A stretch of 62,730 nucleotides of DNA, the filler included, from Sphacelaria rigidula (Eukaryota), in the NCBI GenBank assembly GCA_964200075.2. It is 5 parts of 5 records of this genome, joined end to end, with 100 filler letters (N's around TTAATTAATTAA, not from the genome) between each part and the next. Parts side by side here need not be neighbours in the genome. Positions count along the whole stretch, not along the records: positions 50,266 to 62,730 come from CAXNAA020003739.1; 4 more parts are not named here. One strand, 5' to 3'. Made by a program: the position numbers and the translations under genes. This document shows positions 50,374 to 62,730 of this stretch, one piece after another. Positions within the stretch are counted from its first letter, which is position 1. Every line of letters starts with the position of its first letter. Below the pieces are notes generated by a model. The model was not told the origin of the DNA and did not search any database. It saw only the letters and a list, made by a program, of their open reading frames with translations.

Positions 50374-52477
50374 TTACGTACACTCTCCGAGAGTACATGA
50401 AGCAGCATTCACGGCTGCCCGTTCTCTGGAGGCCCTTCGGCATGCGACAAAATCGCCGGCGGCCTTCTCGACGACTTTCGGTGGCAGCTCATACCCTGTG
50501 CTGTACATGTCGATAACGGTCTGGGGTTTGATGACCACGACACAACCACTGTCAACGTCGATGACGTGCGTCTTGCTACTTGATCCTCTGGTGGCGCGGA
50601 TGAACCACCCCCGCTCGAGCCACCACTCGAGTCTGGGGGTGATCCATCCTGACGGTCTGCAGGGCTGCTCATGTTCCGTGTTTCCACTCAGCGGTACCTC
50701 GTACCCCGTCAGATCCCAAACTAAAGAACTTTTCAACACTGAATTTTTGTTGGTGTGCACTTCTGAATGAAGGAGTTGGGTGGGTTGATCGATGGGAGGT
50801 ACATGCTCAGGTCATGAGGTTGTGTTTGGATTAAACCTTTATCCGTACCTCCCCAAGGTATATACCTGTGCTCATATCTGCAATCGGGTATATCTATAAC
50901 GGTACACCATAACCCCGGGTAGGGGTATGGGAGGCTTACAGAGCTCACAGAACTGTCGGGTACCGGTACTGGATGAAAGTCATACAGACATTACAGAACT
51001 TGTCGGGTACGGGTAGGAGGCTTACAGAAAACCGGTACCGACAATCGGGTATTTCTTCAACAGCATATTTGCGCTCCGGGCACGGGTAAACATTCTGTAC
51101 ACAACTCACAGAAACTGTCGGATACGGTATAGAGGTTGCACAGAAAACCGTACACGCAATCAGGTATCTTTTCAAGAGCGTATCTGTGCCCCCCGGTAGC
51201 GGTACGGGAGTCTTGCAGAGATTTCAAAACTGTCGGGTACCGGTATGAAAGTCTTACAGAAGTCACAGAACTGTCGGATACGGTAATTACCCGGCATAAT
51301 TCCCCGGGTACACAAAAGAACCGTACCCTACACAACACAACCTTGAAATTTTGAGCTGTTTTTGATGAAATTCTGACATGATGTACAGGACATACATGCA
51401 AAGACACCCCGAATCGTCGGGTACCGGTATGAAAGTCTTACAGAAGTCACAGAACTGTCGGGTACGGTAAATACCCGGCATGATTCCCCGGGTACACAAA
51501 AAACAGTACCCTACACAACACAACCTTGAAATTTTGAGCTGTTTTTGATGAAATTCTGACGTGATGTACAGGACGTACATGGAAAGACACCCCAAATCCC
51601 CCTCCCCCCCCTCTCCTCTTTTCATTTGTTAGTTGTTGGCGATTTTGTTCCGAAAATAACTGTTCTGAAATATGCCGTCGCCAATAACTCACGAAGAAAA
51701 AAACAGGGCGGGGGGGGGGGGATTTGGGGGATCTTCGCATGTACGTCCTGTGAATCGTGTCGGAATTTCATAAAAAACGACTCAAAATTGAGCTCAAGAC
51801 TCGCGTGTCAGCAATCCTGTTTGTATCTTGGGCGGTCTCCTCCTGTTTCCTCTCATCAAAATTGCGCAGCTTTTGTACGCACCCTTCAGTCACTTACAGT
51901 AGTCATGGTGCTGTATCTTGTACAAACGTAAACGTACAAGGGCGCAGAACTCGCCAACAGCTGCTCAACGTATGTCAGGTGACACTCCACACGCAGGCTA
52001 CGCCCAAGCCTGCGTTCTACGCCCGCATACTGCTTGGGCATGATTGCAGAACCCACCTCTTTCGCCATCTTCCCCTCGAGTCGTATCCCTTTTCTTTCCG
52101 TCCTGCCCGTCTCGCCCCCGCTTCACTCCCCGACTTTTCATGTTTCGATCTTCGCATCGCCCGGATTTTTGGCGAGCCCGACCGTGACTAGAATCACTAT
52201 TACTGATATTTTTACTGCTCCTGACCACCTTGCCACTTGCATGTGCTCTGGTTTCTGGCTGTTGGGGAGGGCCTGTGTCTGCTACCTGAGTGGAAGAGAG
52301 CGAGTCTGTAGCCGTGCCTTTGGCGGCGCTCATGATCCTCGTTGCTCCCTTGGGTGACCGTGTGATTGAGGTGTTGGGGATCTGTGGTAGTACGGGGAAA
52401 GTGGCAATAAAAGCTCTTGGGCAAAGCGGCTTGAGCAGCGCAGTGAGTAGAAGAGGTGTTACACTGGCCCTCTGCAT
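50374..52477 (-). CDS. Unknown protein with probable bipartite plastid-targeting presequence; exons 52477-52057 and 50762-~50380, probably 3'-partial
   Basis: MQRASVTPLLLTALLKPLCPRA-FIAT resembles a signal peptide plus Phe motif, followed by an S/T-rich stretch. Phase-1 junction AGAG|GTGGGT ... TTCAG|AAGTG joins the two open frames. Confidence 0.55.
50865..51810. repeat. Intronic repeat element with cagaactgtcgggtac subrepeats and a 184-bp tandem duplication (51232-51415, 51416-51592)
   Basis: Duplicated block read directly from the sequence. Confidence 0.8.
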
Positions 52478-52977
52478 TTGTCAAGAGACTCAGACAGCGA
52501 ACGCACTGGCGCAGCTGCCGACTGGCGACGCGGCTTGCCAGGACCCACATTTTCTCCAAATCTCTCCGTCCCGTTGTCGAAATATCGAAACTATAAAACT
52601 GCAGCGAGTCCTCGGCAGTATCATATTTAAAGCAGCAGCGAAATGAACCTCATTTTCATTCCACAGTCCATTGCAGTTGCGCTTTTCCACATGGGAAATC
52701 AGTCTTAGGTTCAGTATCATGGAGAAGGAGATATATTGTTGGACTAACGGGATTGAAGAATCCTATGATAGTCAAGTATTTCAATTTAAAATTAAAGGAT
52801 TCTTCGCTCGTTGAGGTGCTGCCCTCACCTCTGTTGCCGGGGATAAGGTACAATTACTGCTACCACCTTTACATTTTAGCTTAAACACTTTGGATGACGC
52901 CCCCTCAACTGTTGTGCATCTTATGGTCTGTTTTGCAGTGATCGGTGTGATGCACAACAACTTGCGGGCAAAAAAAC
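52478..52977. promoter_or_regulatory. Putative bidirectional promoter region
   Basis: About 500 bp between divergent start codons at 52477 (-) and 52978 (+); positional inference only. Confidence 0.4.
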
Positions 52978-54349
52978 ATGCGGGTGTACGACCTTATCGG
53001 AAGCTTGCTCCAGCAGCTGCTGGGAAGATACATCCACAACATCGAACTAGAAGGGCTAGGCTTGTTGGGCGGAGATGTAGTGCTGGAGAACCTGGAGATA
53101 CGAAAAGACGTGTTGCGCGACAGTCTCGGTATTTCAACCGACTATGACTTCTCGAGGTGTGTGTGTGTGTATGTATGTGTATGTGTGTATGGTATCATCG
53201 ACCCCCCTGTGATGTGGGCAGGTGAAGCACACTCTCTATTCCAACCCAGATTGTTCCACCAACGGTAACCTCCTCACCTATGCATATGATATGTGTTTAT
53301 GCTGGCGTTTTAGGGCCGGGTGTTACTACCCCACTCCGCTGGCCCTGCGCGATACTTGTGCTTGGTGGCGGAGTAATGTTTCGCGCAGATTATGCGCGGT
53401 GTAGAAAAGCATGTCCAATGCGGGATAACTCCAGCCCTCTTGAGTAATGACTTGGGAGTGCGGGGAGGTGGAGGTGGGTAGGGGGCTTACTTATCCTGTT
53501 ATCAGGGAGGGTGTTGGGTGAATTTTGAATGTTGCAGTCCAGTGCAGTCAGAGGACAAGTTATACAGGCTGGGCCAGGCAACAGCTTCTATCTTCAGTTA
53601 GGAGGTGATGCACTGCTTAATATTAGGAGTTGGACCCTGAAAATTAGACTCGAGATTTACACTACCTCCGTTCATAAATTCAAGGTCGGCAAAGACAGAA
53701 TGCGGTCTAATTCGGGCCCATCTTACTCTTTTCCCGAACCGTTCCTTTCCTCGGTTCCGCCGCGCTGGCCCGTGACGCACAGAACCGGCCTCTTTTTTTA
53801 AATCCCACCGAAGAACCTTGTCCCACCCCTGCATAAGTCGCTCGAAATTACCACCCCAACTTTGAATCTTCGGTCAAAAGCCTTGCCATCTCCTGGTGAG
53901 GCATGTCCGCTGCTGGGAGTGCCTCCCAAGGAGGCGACTTGGAGTTTTGGTCGTATATCTATCACTATTATCGTACATCTACGGTCCCTCCGAATAGCTG
54001 TGGTGGTGGTCTATAAGTGTGCCTAGGGTTGTTTTTTGTGTTGCCCCCCGCCCGGTGGCCTTGCGAATCCCTTTGTATCATCTGTCTTTTCTTCTCTTGT
54101 CTTTTCAGAGCTGATTTTTTTCACCCCGTTGAACTCGGGGAAGCTACTTCTCATGTTTTTCTTTCCGTCTCTCTTCTTATTTTCATTTTGGTGATATTTC
54201 AGTTGATTGCGTTTGTTCTTGTAATTAGGCTGGAGTCTAAAAAAAATGATTGAGGACTCCATGTCTTGTAAGGAAGAGCAGGGAGGGTATTGGGAAGACG
54301 AGCCTACGTCTGTGACCACGGGTTCGAGAGATCGGACTAATGTGCGGAG

Positions 54350-54402
<53 letters not shown>

Positions 54403-57400
54403 GCTAACCCTGAGCCTAACCCCGACCCAAGGCGTACAAGACCCTCGGGCATGGAGGGTGCATAGGTTTCCCAAGGCAAAGTGTGCGTCGGCAGACCTGA
54501 AATCGGCGCCGCAGAGGCCGATTTCGACAGAAACGCGTTCTGGATGTGCTGGGTCCACTGCTCACCTGCCTCAGATCATGAATTTTCTCAGAACTTTCTC
54601 AAGTCTAAAATCAAGTAGTCATGTTGCCAACCACAGATATACGACCAAACCTTTAGGTCTACTGCTCCCAAGTGTCAAAAGCAAGAATATCAACGGTTTG
54701 GGAAGAGCTGCGGTGATTCGGTACCTCCTCACTGGCAGCAAGAACGGGGTCCTGTAGCGAGGTTCTCTCGTTGGTAGCGAAAACGATTTTACCTACCCGG
54801 GGATAATAACAAGCCATTCCCTCCTTTTTGAGCGTTTTTTTTCTGTCATCCAGTTTGATATTCGATCACATATCAACATTAGAGAGTTTCGGAAAACGTT
54901 TTTTAAAGTCTTCGAGTCAGAGTGGAAGGAAAAATAGCCCGGTAACGTGCACCTTCCGCTATGAAGTTTTTTTTAGAGCGATTTTTTCCGAGTGAGAGTG
55001 CCGTTTGCACCTCTCCACTCTGAAAACCGTTGTGACTCTTCATGGTTCATAGCGAAACAATGAAGAACGCCCACCTTCACCACCATGGTTACAGCCAGTT
55101 CAAAATCAATATACCCTAACAAGTAAGGTGGGACATCCCTCATAACTGTAATGCTCATCACAATGGACCATTCGCGAAGTAGAAACGCTTTGCATCGCAA
55201 TTAGAAGACCTCCCTGACGCTGCCACGATGGAATCGGCAGTGGCTTGGTAGCTATGGGTGAAAGTTCAAATGCTCGGCGGGGTGCACTTCCTTATTTTTG
55301 CCAGCTTCAGCTGTAACACGGTGTGAACGATTCGTAGTCTACAACGCACAAGCAGTGTTACACCTGGCTACATTGCCATTCCGTAAGAGGTAATGACTTC
55401 TTGCACCACCGTTGCGGGTGGCATGTTGGGAAATCATCACGATGTGGCCTTGTTTGTGGTTTGAAAGTGCTGCTTACTGTTGTACTGTACTATTGTACAA
55501 CTAACTGACTATACGGTATCGCCGTACTTCACCGTACCGCCATGTACTATTGTACTGTAGGGTTCTGAAATGTACTCTCTGTACTGCACTGGCTGTACTC
55601 TACACTGCACAGCACTGCAGTACCCTGTGGTACGCCGTGGTGGATTGAAATATCACAGGTGTAATGAAGCTTAGTGTAGGGTACGCACGGTGCCGCAGGG
55701 TATGGTACAGTCAATGCTGTGTCGATCTGTACATTTTCGGACTCCACGCTGGTCGATCGCCCATTTGGCGGCACAACCTGCGGCCACTCACTGCAAAGAA
55801 AACAACTCCATATCAGGCCACATCACATCAGCTTCCGCGATGAACTTCTAAGCGTCCACTCTGAGGTTTCAGCGCTTCCACTCTGCAACTGACTCTATGA
55901 TGAGAAAAAATATCTTCCGAAACTCTCTATTGTCCAACCTCCCGCAATGGCTAAATGGCCTACTGTGGAGGATATAGTATAAACCGACCTTATATTCTGA
56001 ATATCCTCACCGACCTTATATTTATGAACGGAGGGGGTATCATCAATACGCGGATATTCCAAGCAGTGAAGAACAGCAAGTTAGATCGATTTGAAATTTT
56101 AGCGTATATACATTGTGATACATGAAAAACGCAAACAACTGTTGCTGCTTTGAGGCCGCTTCTTACGGCAGACATTTTTTTTTAGAAAACTGCCTTCTTG
56201 GACCTTCTGCGTCGTTTCACGCCCTGAAAGCAGTGTTATTCCTTTTCAATAATATGGGGGCGGTATTTTTGGAGATCAGGCGCCCAAACACAGTACACCT
56301 GGCGTTTGATGATACTGGTAGTTAACGTATGTGTGGACTAAAGCCGCAGGTTGGTGTTGGCGCAGCACTTTCGGCGACTCAAGGCATTTTGCGCGCTGCG
56401 TGGCTTGAAAGGATGATTATGCACGATGCTGCAGTGATTCCCCAAAAAATAACACTTTCTAATGACGATTCTAGAAGGTAGCGATTTGAAATCCGCGCGG
56501 AGGCGTGAGTAGATCTTGCCATCCTTTTTTTTCATCGGCGCCCTGTCGGTCGAGGCTGGCACCAAGGCGGGAAATGCCCACCATTAAGGGTTCTCCATAT
56601 GTTAAAGGCAGATGCCCTTGAGTTTTACACACCGTGCCGAGCAAGACGCGGCTGCACAACGCAGCCAAGGAGAAGGGTGTCTTCTGTCAAGGACCACTGC
56701 GAACCTGTTCGGGCAGGGGGCAATGCCTCCTTCTTCACGGTGCCAGACTTAGCGTGGCGGTTACGACGACGGTCTAAAATTGACAGGGGCAGTTGCTGTA
56801 GTTTTATTCTATCAGAATCAACCGGATATTCTTCGGTGGTATGCCCCCACGCGAAGCTATTTACCTCTCTCTGGCAGGCGCGCGTTCGCCCTTTTGCGGA
56901 GTTTTCACTTGGTTCAAGAATTGGACAGAGGGCGATTTGCGATTCTAAAACAAATCGCCAATGGATCGCGGGTATTCTAGCCCTGTCGAGGCGTGGCTCG
57001 CATCGTATAGTCAGTACTACAGTACTCGTTGTATTACCACCAGGAACACACAGTGTCAACTTCGTCGGGTATTACCGCGAGCGGATACATATCGTGCAAT
57101 AAACGATTCCCCCTTCCGCAGTGATATGCATCCTTTTCCGTCCGGCTGCCAAGTGCGCGATGGCTGGTCTGTACCGCCAGGTATCCGTGCTGATGTGGAG
57201 ACCTCTCTTCCAAGGACGCCTGTCCCTCTAGTCTCAGCATATTTTAGGCCTTAGAGCATGACCGTCTCCACTTGACGCCGCAGATGGTGAATTAATATTT
57301 CAGGTAAATGCCTAAGCCTAATGTTGAAAAGGAACAACACTGAAAACAGAGCTAGGCAGATTTTGAAGCCTTGGAATGCCTTGCTGTACTCGTTGAGACG

Positions 57401-60400
57401 GTCCGACACATCCATGTGTTTTTCCGGTGACCGCAGTTTTTTTTTGCCAGACTTGTCTTTTTCTCGGAGACCACTCATTTTTCTCGAAGACTGGTCAAGC
57501 CCGAAGCACTAGAGGAATGAGCTGTCTCCGAGAGAAATGCAAGGTTAGCCAAGGAAAGAAAAAAACGCGACCACCTTGAAAACGCACAGGTGTGTGCTGG
57601 AACCCTCTCAACGAGTACTCTAAATCCGCCTAGCTCTTTTCTAGGGCATGAAACAACGAAGAAGGTTCAAATAAACAGTTGCCCAGTTTTTTGTTGTTGT
57701 TGTTGTTGACCATAAGAAGCAACGTGAGCACGAATTTTTACTTGACGCGCAGGCGGTCCATGTAGACTTCAGCTCAAAACTCCTCATAATGGGCGGTGCG
57801 CTCAAATTTTTGTTTGACACCGCTGTCCCTCGGTGGTTCAACTGGCACAGGAGACTCCAGTTATGGAGGTCGTGAGGTCGAATCCCGACATGGCCTTTTT
57901 TTTGCAGAATCTGTTTCCGTTGTTGAGTTTTTATACGGAACATTCTTGTTTCAGTTGAAACAGGTGGTTTCGGCACTTTCGCACGAGCTTCTATCCCCGA
58001 AAATTCGCAAAACTGGTCTTCCTCGCCTCAGTGTGGGTTGGGCTTTTCTCCAAGACGATTCTACAGCACTTTTCCGCCTCCCTGGAGGCCCAGTTGCAGG
58101 AAATCACCGTCAGCGCTTCTTTTTTCCCCCCCAACTGTGAAAGAAAAGGAGAGCACTATCGGAGATTGGATCGAGATGGAGCGTTGCAACCCAGTTGGAA
58201 ACTTGTGCTTGTGCTCGTTGTATATGACAATCGGCTCGTGGGTCCTCTCCCATGATGGAGCTGCTGACGAGCATGATGCCATCTCACAGCATTACCAGTG
58301 CACTTTTGACTGTGCGTGCCAACGCTGTCATGCATGATTCCGCCGCGTTCTTTGGAAAAAAAAAAGAAAGAGGCTCGAAACACGCCATTGCGTCACGAAA
58401 TGAGACGCACCCGGTACTCAATGCAGTACGATAACGCCATCGTCAAAACTGTGCCAATCGAATAACGGTGGAGTCGTGCATGACCAGGTTGGTCTGCAGT
58501 TCACAGCAATATTTTTACATCGGGTTGACTCGGGAAACTGGAAAAGTCGTTGTGGGCACGGGGATTTCAAGTTTTACGGTCGACCCAGCTCGTAGATGTT
58601 CTGCGTTGTACTAGACCATAATCTAACAGAAGGCATCGTACGGTACCTCTGGTGCTCCGTTCATGACAGGCTGTGATATTTGACGGGGGCAAACCGTACA
58701 GACGATATGCACGGCCGGTGGGAATGTCGCAACGCATCCCGTATCCGAACCTCCCAGAACGTTATCAACCGTTCCAGTCGACCCTGGCCGTATGCTGTAC
58801 AACACGTTTTTGTTCAGGGGGTTCATCAAGGAGCTGCGGATACACATCCCCTGGACGCGCTTGCAGTCGAGGCCGATCGAGATCAAGTTCAACACGGTCG
58901 AGATTATCATCTCCCCGACCACCCACGAATCGTCCACCCATGGCAGCAGGTGACAAGGACCGTTGTGTTCAGAATGAAGGAACCATGCTTTGAAAACTCG
59001 ACGTGACTTTCGGTTTTCGGCCGCTTCGACCGCTTTTCATGGGGAAAAAAAAGTTTTGCGATCAGGAATGATTACTTTCGCCGAGCGTTGGGTTCCAGGT
59101 AGATACAATTTGGATGTGTTTCTCTGAGTAGTATCCACAACCTGGACAGCATGTGGTCAACAGTTGCAATAGAACAAAATCGTACTGCGTAAAGTGTATG
59201 CCCATTGCAATTATTGTCGACTATTGACCACGTGCCAACAACTGCAATAGGTCTATTATGCTCGACGCAGTACTTCTTTGTTCTATTGCAACTATAGACC
59301 ACATACTCTCCGGGGTGTCGACGTATATGATTTTACGTCGTTCAAAAGTTGAGGACGTCAAGTAGCAAGAGACAATTTGTTTGATGAGATGATCAACGTG
59401 GTGTGGGAGTGCTGAGCCAATCCGCGAGACTCAAATGCAAGGCCGTGTACCGGTGGGGGGGGGGGGGGCGGGGGCGTACTAATTTGTTGCTTGCCTTAGT
59501 CGTTTGACGATTGACCATGCACCCCTTGATTTCGAGACGGAGCAAGGATTGGGACGTGAGAAGATGGGTTGATCACTTGAGACCACGGACTCTTCCCGAG
59601 GAACGGGGGCGTTCTCATGTGTTGCTTGCCTTAGTCGTTTAACCATTGACGGGGGGGGGCTGAAAATGAGACGGAAACAAAATAGCGCCATGTGCCGCAT
59701 ATCGAACGCTCTCCACGGGGAAGCCGGAACAGTTTCTGCGGCACAACATGCTCGAGAGGGTCAGGGAGAAAAATATGTCTGTATTTTGTAATGTAGCGGA
59801 GCAGAGGTTCAGCCACAAGGTGGGTCAGTGACCCACTATGAAGTCATCCAACCAGCCCACGCCAACGTAACCGATTCTACTGATGAGTGTGTGCAGTATC
59901 TTGACCACACCCCGGACAATGACAAATAGCTTGCATCGTCAAAAAGTGTACCGCGTACAGTGTCGGCTGTTGCGTCTATCGCATTAGACAATGTATATGT
60001 ATTCCATACCGTACGTAGTGCACTGATCGACAGTGTCATTTTTTTGTCCTGGGATGTGTGTGCACTTGACAGAGCTTTCCCCATGACCAAGGTACGACGA
60101 GGCCGCACCATTGCAAACATCACCGTCGTTGCACTGGCACTCGGCATCACGGCTGGGCGGATTTGATGTGAACATACTACACGTCAACTCCTTGCGCTCG
60201 TTTTCCCGTGGTGGCATGTCGATCTGTGTCCCTACTTCAACACCAAGTAAAATAGCCAAGCCCTCGTTATTGATCTGAAGTTGACGTTTGATCTATTTGG
60301 TTTCGTTACGGCTCGCTTGTCACCGGAACACCCCGGTAAACTCCTCCCCCCTCCCCGCCCCCCCACAAGCTCCGCTCCGAAAGGGATGCATGGTGAATGG

Positions 60401-60959
60401 TCATATGACTATGACAAGCAATCATTGAGTACCCCCTCCCCCCCCCCCCCCCTCCCCTCCAAGGAAAAGAAAAATTTCCCCGGGTCTTGAACGCGGTCAT
60501 ACTTTTCCCGAAAAAATGTCTGACACCCGAAGACGTTACGAGGGCTTTGTGAGCTTCACGGCCGGGAACAAAATCTATCGCATGTCTTACGGTACGGTTG
60601 CCTTTGTTTCTCCATTGCCGTGTCGTGCATCTCCACACATCCGCAACTCGTTTGTTGTTTCATTTTATTCCGGATGACTATCGCACTGACGAGCCACAAC
60701 GTGCTGATGGGGCGTGAGCCCCCGTCCTCGGCGACGATGCAACCAACTCCATCTGCAGAACACGTTTTTATTTTTATTTATTTTAACCTTGTTTTTTTAT
60801 CCACACCGTCCCCATCCGTGCGCCAAAAATATTCGTCTTGTTCCAAACCCCAAATCGAAATCAATGACTAGAGAGGAGCACCAGGCTTCTTCGACGGGGG
60901 CAACGACAGGATGGATGCAGCAGCTCCTGACCAAGGTTCTTGCCAACATGTCCATTTCG
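52978..60959 (+). CDS. VPS13: VPS13-family (chorein N-terminal domain, VPS13B-like) lipid transfer protein, 3'-partial; exons 52978-53156, 58818-58949, 60872-60959
   Basis: MRVYDLIGSLLQQLLGRYIHNIELEGLGLLGGDVVLENLEIRKDVL..FSR|GFIKELRIHIPWTRLQSRPIEIKFNTVEIII..GWMQQLLTKVLANMSIS fits the Chorein_N pattern; junction phases are consistent. Confidence 0.9.
54250..54401 (+). mobile_element. Retroposon 3'-end fragment with (TAA)n tail; inverted copy at ~61112-61220
   Basis: aggactccatgtcttgtaaggaagagcag..cctacgtctgtgaccacgggtt..atcggactaatgtgcgga followed by about 17 TAA. Confidence 0.75.
57825..57905 (+). other. Degenerate tRNA-like head (tRNA pseudogene or SINE) followed by a T-run
   Basis: A-box-like tggttcaactgg, B-box-like ggtcgaatccc, then T8. 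Confidence 0.4.
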
Positions 60960-62730
60960 GCAAGTGTCGTTTCGGTTCTAGTCCTCGTTGGTACACGTAC
61001 TTGATTGATGAGTGTGGTGGCCGTATGTTGGCTTGCTATTACCGTGGATTTGCGGAGGGGTTTCTCTGCTTACCACTCTGCCCGGGAATAAGCGGGTGGT
61101 AAGGACATATTATCATTTTTTATTTCCGCACATTAGTCCGATTTCTCAAACCCGTGGTCACAGACGTAGGCCCGTTTTTCCAATACTGTCTCTGCTCTTC
61201 CTTACAAGACATGGAGTCCTAGTAATTTCTTCTTCTGAGGCTCCAGACTAAATAGAAATAAAAAACAACAAATCAAAATATTGCCAAAACGAAAATAAGG
61301 CTGAATGATGTACAACTGTTGCCCACCTTAATATTTGGTTAAACGAGGTTTCGCGCCCCGGCATCACTGTGTTTTTTTTCCTCATATCTTCTCGTCATTT
61401 ATTTTTGTTTTTTCTTCAATTTTTGTTCTCATATCTGAGACTTACGATCATTTTCCCTCGATCGAAAAAGCAAACTGCATGAAAATTTTCAAAGCAGAGA
61501 TTTTCTACTGGTGACCGAAACATTCAAGAAACCCAGGAGAATAAATCGAGGCGAAAAATCAGTTTTCTGCGGTCAGGGCGGAGGAGGTAAAATTGCCCTT
61601 AAATCGACCCGTTTTGCCCTGAAGAGCCCTGGTTATCCCAGGGGGGGACGGGGAGGCGCGGGGGGGGGCACATTCAACATCTTTCCGCAGGGTCTTCAAT
61701 CAATTTCCTCTGGTAGATAACACCCCCCAAGTGGCTCCAGTGTTTAGAACGTTTTTTTTGTTGCGATAGCGTTCACGCGGTGGCTCCATCATGCAAACAG
61801 CCACTTATTGCTGACCATCCGTACCGGCCACTTGTTCCAGGACAGAGTGGTACATACACGTACGTACTATGGCGTTCACGAGTTGCGCTTGGGGTATTGG
61901 GGATCAGAGCACTTCGACTATAGTTCCGCACTGTTTTACGAGCGAACACCACTATACCCGAGGCTGTTGACTCAGATCACACTCCAAGAATACAACAGCG
62001 ATTCCGCTTCTATGCACGCCATGTTGCAAACCGTAATGGCAGGTGTCGAACTTGGTGCTCAAGTACAAGGACGCCGACGTGGTGGCGTCTGCTTTTCTCA
62101 AGGTGGGCTTGGAACGTGACGCATCGCCGGGGACACACGGGGGGTGATCGGTTTTGGGCGAAGCTCGATCGTTGAAGATATGGATGGATATATAGATATC
62201 TGCGCACGCCCGTGCGCTAGCTTATCCTCCAGCGTCATTTGTCGACCCTTGAAAGCTTGTCATGAATACCGTTTTCGATGTAGAGCATGACTGATTGAGA
62301 GAGACGAAGCGAGAGAGACGAAGAAACCGGGGACTAAAACATTTCTCCAGGTTTTCCCCCATGCTACCACAGTATTAAAAAAGAGGGCTACCCGCCCCCT
62401 TAATCTTTCATGCCCTTGCTCCCCCCCGCGTGGAAAATGAGGCAGTGCATAAGCTGTGGCTGTCCTCTGGAAGTGGCGATACCAGAGAATAAAGCAGCTC
62501 ATTGTAGGCTGTCACCCATATGCGAGATAATCAGTGGGCCTTGGGCCAAACAATCTTGGCAGGATGCAGGTCATCCTTCAGGCGATTCGCCTAACACACT
62601 ACGGCGCTTCGCGCTTGGTGATTGAGTGCAAGCCTGGTCCGACGAAAACCCGGCGTGCTGCGTCCCGGCTTTGTAGGGAAGCGAAGACAATGGAATTATT
62701 ACTATGGCTAGCATGCTCATGAAGACCACT

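Noticed and set aside
51886..52068. Extra exon QYAGVERRLGRSLRVECHLTYVEQLL with a GC donor
   Set aside because: It overlaps the stronger GT donor at 52056, whose phase already fits the next exon; no supporting homology.
54402..54430. Telomeric repeat
   Set aside because: Only a few degenerate CCCTAA-like units at an internal position.
59836..60259. DIRS-type RT (GWLDDF) or three-finger motif (CNDGDVCN)
   Set aside because: Single short motifs in stop-interrupted frames with no supporting domains.
5391..62730. Functional gene cluster linking GT41, snurportin, LRR and VPS13
   Set aside because: Each gene is on a separate concatenated piece, so adjacency is artificial.

Overview
Eukaryotic, intron-rich and repeat-rich genomic DNA. 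Gene structure and repeat types suggest a brown alga (Phaeophyceae, Ectocarpus-like); this is inference. The window is not contiguous. It consists of five pieces of 12467, 12467, 12466, 12465 and 12465 bp joined by 100-nt N44-TTAATTAATTAA-N44 spacers, most likely unrelated contigs sorted by length. Piece 1 holds a GT41 (OGT/SPINDLY-like) glycosyltransferase gene and a degenerate LINE. Piece 2 holds snurportin-1 (8 exons reconstructed, 5' end missing). Piece 3 holds three exons of an LRR protein, a tRNA-derived SINE, and a decayed LINE carrying two nested hAT-like non-autonomous elements with 8-bp TSDs. Piece 4 holds a near full-length degenerate Ty1/Copia element with a 51-bp tandem-repeat block between protease and integrase. 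Piece 5 holds the 5' exons of a VPS13B-like gene, head-to-head with a gene for a probable plastid-targeted protein. Notable points: three genes each need a GC 5' splice site; a C-tailed LINE family makes ~65-80 bp insertions at C-runs; an Illumina adapter remnant starts piece 3. I see no CRISPR array, no prokaryotic operon and no clearly new biological system. The best leads concern mobile-element and splicing biology.
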